From IMG/VR virus record IMGVR_UViG_3300044940_000392, positions 1 to 62,237 of that record: a stretch of 62,237 nt of DNA; one strand, given 5' to 3'. Below are positions 55,203 to 62,237 of the stretch, in pieces. The notes beneath the pieces were generated by a model. That model did no database searches and was not told the origin of the DNA. It saw only the letters and a list, made by a program, of their open reading frames with translations. Position 1 is the stretch's first letter. Each line of letters begins with the position of its first letter. Made by a program: the position numbers and the translations under genes. Origin of the DNA: a virus (lineage: Duplodnaviria; Caudoviricetes).

Positions 55203-55971
55203 ACATCCATTAAAAAATGAAACAACCATGGTTTCTATTGGTTGTTTGCATTTAGGAAAAGAAGATCCGTATTTATATAATTTATTTCTTCAATATATTG
55301 AAAAAATTAAGCCTGATATTGTTTTATCCGGCGGCGATTTGACTGATGCGTCGGAATTTCGCAGTTCAGCAAAAGTTTCTGATGTTCAAATAAAACGGGC
55401 TATAGAAAGAGATAAGAAATATACAAGAGATTTTTGTAATAATGTTTTTCAATTTGGAGGTCCGAGTGTTAAATTTTTATATTTAATTCAAGGAAATCAT
55501 GAATTACGTTATCGACGAATGGCGGAAAGTAAAGAATTATTCAGAAATGAATTATCCCGCGAAACGTTTAAAAAAGAATGGATTAATCCAAAAGCAAAAA
55601 TTATCTGGGATTATCCGGACGGTGAAATTTTACAAATTGGAAAGTGTAAATTCATTCATGGACGTTGGTATTCAAAAAATCATTTGAAACAACATTATGA
55701 TGCTTATGGTTCGAATACTTTTTACTGGCATACACATCATTTATCAAGTAATTCATTCACTCATGCTAAAAATAAATCCGCGGATATTGTAGCTACTCTT
55801 GGTTGTGGAGAAAAACTGCTGCCTGATTGGATGGTGGGTAAGCCTCACGATTGGGTTAACTGTTTCCAACAGTGGTATTTTGATAAGAAAGGAAATTATC
55901 ACATGTATAACATTGTGTATCATCAAGATCGAAAAATTATTTGTCCGGACGGAGAGGTTTTAACTGTATGA
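55189..55971 (+). CDS. Calcineurin-like metallophosphoesterase
   Basis: GCLH (for DxH), GGDLTD, GNHE, FIHG, WHTH. Confidence 0.85.
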   Translation: MKIIKHPLKNETTMVSIGCLHLGKEDPYLYNLFLQYIEKIKPDIVLSGGDLTDASEFRSSAKVSDVQIKRAIERDKKYTRDFCNNVFQFGGPSVKFLYLIQGNHELRYRRMAESKELFRNELSRETFKKEWINPKAKIIWDYPDGEILQIGKCKFIHGRWYSKNHLKQHYDAYGSNTFYWHTHHLSSNSFTHAKNKSADIVATLGCGEKLLPDWMVGKPHDWVNCFQQWYFDKKGNYHMYNIVYHQDRKIICPDGEVLTV

Positions 55972-56210
55972 GTATTGAAAATAAAGTTCTTCATTATGAA
56001 AATGATTATTTTCCCTTTTGTGAATCATTCCTAGATGAGCTGGAAAATCCAGAGGAACCGGGTAGCTGTTTTGCAATTAGATCATATTCAAATGATGAAT
56101 TAGAAGTAGAAACATTTGCATTAATCGCGTACGGGAAGTATGCAAAATTTTGTCGACAAGTACTAGAACCACTATTAATTGAGGAGTCAAAGAAAAATAA
56201 TGAACAATAA
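55968..56210 (+). CDS. Hypothetical acidic protein
   Basis: ATG at 55968 (ATGA overlap). Confidence 0.6.
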   Translation: MSIENKVLHYENDYFPFCESFLDELENPEEPGSCFAIRSYSNDELEVETFALIAYGKYAKFCRQVLEPLLIEESKKNNEQ

Positions 56211-56685
56211 TCAATCAGAAGTTTCACAAAAGCGCGATCCGCGCCCGTTTTATATGGGTTTGCCTCTGGAGGTTTTTAGCCGAATCGCCGAGACATATCA
56301 AGAAGGTGTTATTAAATACGACAGCAGCGCGTGGGAGCGATTTTATCAAAAAAAAGCGCATCCCGAAGATTTTCTGAAGATGTTTGACCATGCGGTTAAG
56401 CATATTTTTGAAGCCTATGACGAAATTGTAAACGGAAAGATTCACAATGGTCTGGAAGATAATCTTGCACATGCTGTGGTGAATTTATGTATGATTATGT
56501 GGGCAACGGAAAATGGGATGCTTCCGAATAAATTGAAAGTAATGAATGTAATCCCCGATTTAATGAATGAAAGTTTCGCTGATCAAGAAGAGGAGACAGA
56601 AAAAGAAAGTATTGATGAAAAATCAGAAGAAAAAAATGAGACTCCCACTACAAAGTTATTAAAAATTTTTGGAGCTTTGAAGTAA
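56200..56685 (+). CDS. dATP/dGTP diphosphohydrolase-like (DUF5664) protein
   Basis: G..KY....W, HA..H, EDNLAHAVVNL. Confidence 0.75.
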   Translation: MNNNQSEVSQKRDPRPFYMGLPLEVFSRIAETYQEGVIKYDSSAWERFYQKKAHPEDFLKMFDHAVKHIFEAYDEIVNGKIHNGLEDNLAHAVVNLCMIMWATENGMLPNKLKVMNVIPDLMNESFADQEEETEKESIDEKSEEKNETPTTKLLKIFGALK

Positions 56686-56737
56686 TAAATTATTGAATTA
56701 ATTTACTGTACTATTTTTTTAATAGGAGAATAACGAT

Positions 56738-57688
56738 ATTGCTGTTAAAGCTGCACGATTATTCGAATTATTGAATCGACCAATTCAAACAGCCCCTTGC
56801 TGGATTGAGCCGGGGATTTTACCGAAAAACGGGCTTTGCGTAGTCGGCGGCGAAGCTAAAATCGGGAAAACTTTCAATATATTTTCAGGATATGCAAAAG
56901 CATTGGCATGTCAAGAGAATTTATATGAAAACCCAGAATGGATTGTACCGCAAGCTTGTAAAGTTCTCGTAATTGAACAAGAACTTGGGGAATATATTCT
57001 CCAAAAGCGCGTTCAGGCGATGTATAAAAATTCAAATCTTAAGTATTATTCTGATAATCTATGGGCAATTTCAAAAGAACCGGAATTAAAACTAGATCTT
57101 GCGTTGGAAAAAATTAAAAAACAACTGGATATTATCCAACCCAATGTTTTAATTCTCGACCCAATCAGTAATTTTCACTCTGGTAATGAAAACGCCGCAC
57201 AAGAGGTAGAGTTTTTAATCAATCAGTTAAAACTTCTTCTTCGAGATTATAGAGAGTTAGATTTGTCAATTATTTTTACACACCATTTCGGTAAACCCCC
57301 GGCGGCACAATTCGCAGACGAAGTTGATAGGTTGTCTCCGTATGCTTTTCGCGGAAGTTCAAAATGGTATGATGCTGTAGACACAGCACATACGATAATT
57401 AAAACAAAAACTTTCAATCGAAAAGAAGGTAACGATACATTCATTGGATGGCAAATGAAAAATCGCTTTACCTTACGAGCTTCTGAATGTCCGCCCGATT
57501 TTTATACGGAGTTTAATAAAAATAACGATCAAAGAGTTATCTTTTCACATTATCAAGGCCAGCCCGCGCCAGGTAAGACTGTTAAAATCTATGAACAAAA
57601 ACCCGTTAAGGTTATTGATTCGGCGGCGAAACAAGCTGTTCTTGCGAAGCCGGGGGAGGAAAACCTACTCCTTCAGAACCTTGATTAA
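56738..57688 (+). CDS. RecA-fold (AAA_25/RepA-like) helicase
   Basis: GEAKIGKT, VLVIEQE, LILDP, HHFGK, FRGSS; probable ATT start at 56738 after AGGAG (track start is TTG 56771). Confidence 0.85.
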   Translation: MAVKAARLFELLNRPIQTAPCWIEPGILPKNGLCVVGGEAKIGKTFNIFSGYAKALACQENLYENPEWIVPQACKVLVIEQELGEYILQKRVQAMYKNSNLKYYSDNLWAISKEPELKLDLALEKIKKQLDIIQPNVLILDPISNFHSGNENAAQEVEFLINQLKLLLRDYRELDLSIIFTHHFGKPPAAQFADEVDRLSPYAFRGSSKWYDAVDTAHTIIKTKTFNRKEGNDTFIGWQMKNRFTLRASECPPDFYTEFNKNNDQRVIFSHYQGQPAPGKTVKIYEQKPVKVIDSAAKQAVLAKPGEENLLLQNLD

Positions 57689-59936
57689 TCGGCGGTTGCT
57701 GCGGTTGTTGATTTTGCTGCGGCGCGGGTGCCGATTCATTTGTGACTGCTAATTCTTTCAAATATTCAACTATGTCAGTAAGCTCATTTTCAGTAATGGG
57801 CTTACTTTCATTTTTAATGAACGTCGCAAGATAAGGGACTTGCGCGTATGTAAGCGTGCCGCCCGAATCAATAAATCGAATAAAATCATTCGCAAGACGT
57901 TCATTCCGTAAAGCTGTCCGAATAAGAACCGGAGTAGCAATCGCAAGAGCCGCGATTCCCGTTGCCGCGGTTTTCAGTAAAGCGCCACCGTGAAATTGAG
58001 ACGCGCCGAAGAGCATATAAATACCTTGGTATGCCGCGCCGCGAATAGCCGCCCCGGTTAAATACGACCGAACATAATCTGAAGTTGTACGATTATTTCC
58101 TTGAGGTACAGCTTTAATTAACCGATCCGCGAGTTTCGCGAATTTTTCCTGCCCACCCGGAACACCATAAAATTGTTCAATATTAGGAAGGCCATATTTG
58201 GCCAAATAATTCTGCATGTTTGAGAATTGGTTTGTTTTTGGATCAATAGACTTTACAAAAAAATCAAATACAATCGCATCCCCCATAGCTTCATTAAACG
58301 CTTTCTGTTGCGCTTGTGGGATATATTTAATAAAATCAGAATATTCATCCGGGCGCATACTACGAACAATTTGTACGAATTCGTCAATATTTTCCCCCGA
58401 TTGGACAATTTTTTTAATATTCGGAGGTAATACGCTTAAGGAATTAAGTTGCTCTTGTACGGTTTTGATTTCATTTTGTACTTTTTGTAAATCAACTCCT
58501 GTAATTTCTTTTTGTTTTTTATAAAAATCAGCTTCCTCTTGATTAATTTTTGCAATTTCAGTTTTAGCTTTTGTTTGTTCTGTTTTTAACTTTTTTTCTT
58601 CGGTATTTAGCCCCGCTTGATATTTTTTATTTATTTGTAAATTTCTATCTGCGGCGGTATATTGCCGTTTAAATGCGTTTAACTCTTTATCAACAAGTTT
58701 CTTATCAATTTCAAATGATTTAATACTTTCATCAAATGATGAATAAATTTGCTTGTATTTGTTGTCTAAAAGTTTTAACGCGTCTGCTTTTTGCGCACGA
58801 TTCATTTTCTTGTTAAGTAAAATTTTGCGCTGTTCAGTAAGATAATCTTGCTTCCATTGTTCCTTTGAAAGTTGATTTTTCAATTGATCGGCGGATTTAT
58901 CAATTTGTGTATCTTTTAGCCCGCCCTGCGTTTCTTTAGAAACTCTTTCCTTCGCAATACTATTTGCAACCGCGGCTTGCCTAGCTTGGGCACGGCGGAT
59001 GATAATATCGTTTAATTTATCATTTACTTCATCGAGTTGTTTAAGTAGAATATCTCGCTGTAAATATTGTTGAGTTTTTGCAAACGGCCCGGTCGCGGAA
59101 TTTGCAGTAAAAGATTTTAACTGATCTTCAAGCGTTGTTTTTTGAGATTCAAGCCCTGTAATTATATTTTCCAACGGCTCTAATGTCGTGGTGCGAATTC
59201 CTTCTTGTGCAGTTTTAGCAAGTGGTTTAGCTTTATCAAATGCGAAAGGCGCAAGTGCATTATACGGTGAAGCGGTCGCCTGTTTTGATAAATTTTTATT
59301 TGTCAATTGATCCAAAAGCCCCGGAATTGCGCGTTTTAAGCGTGCAGAAATAACCCCTGGAGAAGCTTCACCTACATTCTTCCAAGCATTGCCGACATTC
59401 GGAAGAAGCATTGATGTAATTCCTTCGGGAGAAATAGGATTAAAACCTTGAGGTTTATCCGTATCAATGCCCGTTTGAAGCATTTTACCTGCTTCGGCCT
59501 CAGCCAACCCCGCCCCACCACGGATTACAGGGCCTAGCATAGCAGGGGCCTTTGACGCTACCGTTCCCACACCTTTGCCAATCGCGCCGCCGAACAGAGA
59601 GCCAAGAGTACCCGCCGCCCACTCTCCTTTTGTCATAGGTGGAAAAGCGAAGCCTAGCGAAGCCCCCACACCACCACCGAGCGCCGCACCGGGAACGCCG
59701 CCCCCTACCACGCCGCCGCCTATAGCCCCCGCAGTACCCATACCGAGCGCCCCAAGCAGACGATCTTTCATTGTTACTTCATTTGAAACAGGATCAATTG
59801 TTTCTGTTTTTAATTTTGTAAGATCAATATTCGGATCATCGGCGAGGGTATTATATAGTAATTCAATTTCTTCTTTTGAACTTGCAGTATAAACTTGACC
59901 GTTTGGCGTTGTAATTTTTAAAGTCTTACTGGGCAT
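57612..59936 (-). CDS. Large putative ejection protein (glycine-zipper TM plus long coiled coil)
   Basis: 774 aa; GxxxG repeats at the N-terminus, coiled coil, hydrophobic C-terminal helices; last gene of the late arm. Confidence 0.7.
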   Translation of the reverse strand: MPSKTLKITTPNGQVYTASSKEEIELLYNTLADDPNIDLTKLKTETIDPVSNEVTMKDRLLGALGMGTAGAIGGGVVGGGVPGAALGGGVGASLGFAFPPMTKGEWAAGTLGSLFGGAIGKGVGTVASKAPAMLGPVIRGGAGLAEAEAGKMLQTGIDTDKPQGFNPISPEGITSMLLPNVGNAWKNVGEASPGVISARLKRAIPGLLDQLTNKNLSKQATASPYNALAPFAFDKAKPLAKTAQEGIRTTTLEPLENIITGLESQKTTLEDQLKSFTANSATGPFAKTQQYLQRDILLKQLDEVNDKLNDIIIRRAQARQAAVANSIAKERVSKETQGGLKDTQIDKSADQLKNQLSKEQWKQDYLTEQRKILLNKKMNRAQKADALKLLDNKYKQIYSSFDESIKSFEIDKKLVDKELNAFKRQYTAADRNLQINKKYQAGLNTEEKKLKTEQTKAKTEIAKINQEEADFYKKQKEITGVDLQKVQNEIKTVQEQLNSLSVLPPNIKKIVQSGENIDEFVQIVRSMRPDEYSDFIKYIPQAQQKAFNEAMGDAIVFDFFVKSIDPKTNQFSNMQNYLAKYGLPNIEQFYGVPGGQEKFAKLADRLIKAVPQGNNRTTSDYVRSYLTGAAIRGAAYQGIYMLFGASQFHGGALLKTAATGIAALAIATPVLIRTALRNERLANDFIRFIDSGGTLTYAQVPYLATFIKNESKPITENELTDIVEYLKELAVTNESAPAPQQNQQPQQPPINQGSEGVGFPPPASQEQLVSPPNQ

Positions 59937-61509
59937 TTAATTTTCTCGCTGCATCATCAATTAATTTTTGAACATTCGGGCGGTTAGCGGATCTGGGAGA
60001 AGTTTCTGTTGGTTGTTTATTTTTATAACTTTTATATTCTTGAATAATATCTTCTAAATACGGAAGCTTCGGAGCGCGTTTTGCATTTTTTGCAACTTGC
60101 ATTAAAACATTCATTTTTGCTTTAACGAAATTGTAAAAATTACTATCGCCTTTAACTTCAGCAATAAGTTCAGGTTGAACTTTTTCAAGCAAATTGCTTC
60201 GTGTTAGAATACCCTGTGTAAGCAATGCCGCGGCGTATTGCTCAGGCGAAGAAGCTCTTCCTTCTACAATAATTTTTAAATCATTAATAAGAGATTCGGG
60301 AGCGCGGCCACCATAAATACTTTTAACGTGCATGAGCGCGGCGAATGACGGAACCTGCCAACCAAAGGCACTTGCGGTTGCAATGTCAGGGATGTTGTTA
60401 ATAAAAGCCTTAATCTGTTGTCCAAGTGAAGTATTATTTAATCCTGTATAATCTTTAATCTTTCCAGAAGCAAGATCAGCAAGAGCATTTGCACCAGCAC
60501 TTCTGAATAGCGAATCTGCTTGTCGCATTTCATTTAAGCTTCTTACTTCTGCAGCAGGAATATATCTACCCGGAAGTTCCTCAATATCTTCAGAAAGTTG
60601 TCCTGTAATTGGATTATAATTTTTTAAAGGTTGCGTTTTTATGAAATCAATTTCTTTTGTTTCAGGATTATATACTGCACGATCTTGGATGGGGCCGCGG
60701 TATAACTGTTGACGAAAATTTGTAGGACGAGATGCACTAAGAAGTTCTTTTAAAATATTAAAAGATTCTTCTGGTAATTTTCCTTGAGATAAAAGCCCGG
60801 AAAAGTCTGCTAAATTCTTAGGACGATTAAGGTTATTTTTAATCTCTTCAATTTTCGCATCATTCAAAGCGCCCTGTGACGCGGCTTTTGAAACTTCTAC
60901 AATAAATTGATTACGAACTTTTGTATCCTGAATCTTATTTGCTTCTTGTTTTGCTTTAAATAAAAGCTCATTCTTTTCTTTATTGATCCGCGCTTTTTCA
61001 TATTCGGAAGATAACTTTCCAAATAAATTATTTAATGAAGTTTCTCTACCGCGTTCGTTCGAAATTTGTTTATCAACACGGTCTTTCATTAATTCGTAGC
61101 GTTTTAATTCTTCATCTTCTCGCCGAACACGCAAACCGCGCCCGGAATCTACAGTCAGAAGTGCGTCAAGAATTCCTAAACCGATTGATCCGAGTTTTCG
61201 TTTCTTGCTTGCGCCTTTCCATTTGTACATTCCACGATAATCTTCTCGCGCTTTTTCAATCGGATCATAGTCGATTGATTTAGAAAGATTTTTAATATTT
61301 TCATCCACGCCGCTGATTTTATTCCGAAGCGTGGCCATATCAGATTCGATTTGACTAAAATTCGACGTATCTTGTTGATAAGGCTTTAAAGCCTTTTCAA
61401 TATCAAGTGGCGTTTCTTGTACATTTACAGATGATGTATTAAATGAATCTTCAGGTTCTAGGCCCGGAGAGTACATATTTTGAAAAAGCCAATTTGGAAA
61501 TTGTCCCAT
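59926..61509 (-). CDS. Putative ejection protein
   Basis: 527 aa helical protein between two ejection-like genes. Confidence 0.65.
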   Translation of the reverse strand: MGQFPNWLFQNMYSPGLEPEDSFNTSSVNVQETPLDIEKALKPYQQDTSNFSQIESDMATLRNKISGVDENIKNLSKSIDYDPIEKAREDYRGMYKWKGASKKRKLGSIGLGILDALLTVDSGRGLRVRREDEELKRYELMKDRVDKQISNERGRETSLNNLFGKLSSEYEKARINKEKNELLFKAKQEANKIQDTKVRNQFIVEVSKAASQGALNDAKIEEIKNNLNRPKNLADFSGLLSQGKLPEESFNILKELLSASRPTNFRQQLYRGPIQDRAVYNPETKEIDFIKTQPLKNYNPITGQLSEDIEELPGRYIPAAEVRSLNEMRQADSLFRSAGANALADLASGKIKDYTGLNNTSLGQQIKAFINNIPDIATASAFGWQVPSFAALMHVKSIYGGRAPESLINDLKIIVEGRASSPEQYAAALLTQGILTRSNLLEKVQPELIAEVKGDSNFYNFVKAKMNVLMQVAKNAKRAPKLPYLEDIIQEYKSYKNKQPTETSPRSANRPNVQKLIDDAARKLNAQ

Positions 61510-61543
61510 TTATTTATCCTTAATAATCATTCCCTGAAGTATT

Positions 61544-62237
61544 TTAAACCCATGTGCCACCCCCGCTATTGTTGCCTCCGCGTTTCTTTGATATCAATTG
61601 GCCCGCCGCATCAATGCCCGCAGAAATAGCTTCTCCATAAGGATTCTTCATATTCTCTGGTGGTTTATAGTTGCCGAGTGAAAATAGGCCGCCAAGTGCA
61701 TTATTATACATACCAAAACCCTGCTTCATAAAATCGTTAATTGGATTTAATCCGCTCAGAAAATTTTGTTGCTGATTATTTAAAAAGTTCATTCCTGAAT
61801 TTAAATTATTTTGATAAGCGCCGTATTGAGTCTTTAATCTATCAAGCCCGAATGAATCCCCGGCGAGGGAATTATTGAAAATATTTCCGTAAGCATTAGC
61901 GCTGCCGCCAAAGCCCGCGTTTCCGACATTTCCAGCATTGATAGCAAAAGAATTTTGTCCTTGAAGATTGTTTAAATATTGAGCAATTGCGGCTAAGTCA
62001 GTATTGTTAGTTTGCCCGAATAGATTAATCCCCATTCCAAGCTTATCATTCGCTTCCTTTAATCCTTGCATACCAAGTCCGCCGAGCGTTGCCATGTTTT
62101 GGTTGCTAAGCTGACCGGATTGCCCAAGCATGGAAGAAAATAGTTGTTGTGCGTTAATCGCTCGATTGGATGAATCAGAACCGAGTCCAGTTAATCCTAG
62201 CATTCTCTGTAGTGCCGCTTGCTCACCGGAGGAGGTT
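61544..62237 (-). CDS. C-terminal part of the ~615 aa ejection protein starting at 1279
   Basis: In frame through the terminal overlap. Confidence 0.8.
   Translation of the reverse strand, partial: TSSGEQAALQRMLGLTGLGSDSSNRAINAQQLFSSMLGQSGQLSNQNMATLGGLGMQGLKEANDKLGMGINLFGQTNNTDLAAIAQYLNNLQGQNSFAINAGNVGNAGFGGSANAYGNIFNNSLAGDSFGLDRLKTQYGAYQNNLNSGMNFLNNQQQNFLSGLNPINDFMKQGFGMYNNALGGLFSLGNYKPPENMKNPYGEAISAGIDAAGQLISKKRGGNNSGGGTWV
62113..62237. repeat. Exact terminal direct repeat (copy 2)
   Basis: Identical to 1-125. Confidence 0.95.

Noticed and set aside
56200-56685. Z-genome or 7-deazaguanine pathway
   Set aside because: No PurZ, FolE/QueCDE or DpdA recognised; the radical SAM protein lacks a QueE-type context
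18-61283. Numerous short antisense or alternate-frame ORFs in the track (e.g. 18..287, 10980..11375, 17349..17804, 39930..40295, 59575..59892)
   Set aside because: Shadows of longer motif-bearing genes or of repeats, with no start signals or recognisable motifs
1-62237. Prophage/lysogeny module, tRNAs, phage RNA polymerase
   Set aside because: No integrase, repressor-cro pair, tRNA cloverleaf or RNAP motif was recognised by eye

Overview
This window looks like the complete, circularly assembled genome (62,112 bp unique; bases 1-125 repeat exactly at 62113-62237) of an AT-rich tailed phage with podovirus-like morphogenesis genes. No integrase, reverse transcriptase, CRISPR array or tRNA was recognised, so it is probably lytic. 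Two large arms diverge from a non-coding control region at about 28.0-28.9 kb. The minus-strand late arm carries a terminase with a mini-intein, portal, scaffold, N4-gp56-like capsid, tail and adaptor proteins, probable ejection proteins, an M15 endolysin and a class II RNR. The plus-strand early and replication arm carries DUF932, an M28 peptidase, radical SAM, ThyX, a ClpB-D2-like ATPase, a Cas4-like nuclease, a Sak4-like ATPase, a deaminase, a UDG-like protein, dUTPase, PolA and a helicase. The most unusual items are: (1) six dispersed paralogs of a small CCLGVLC protein with a constant scaffold and two hypervariable loops; (2) about 25 GTAC/AGTACT sites followed by a tandem NrdR-box pair at the probable genome end or origin; (3) a candidate anti-Shine-Dalgarno sRNA in a genome where several minus-arm genes look leaderless; (4) a circularly permuted Cas4-like exonuclease; (5) a PolA with a rewired motif B beside degenerate glycosylase-like proteins; (6) two prion-like Q/N-rich proteins in the virion module; (7) long RNase III-like hairpins between early genes. 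All family assignments are by eye from motifs; no searches were run.
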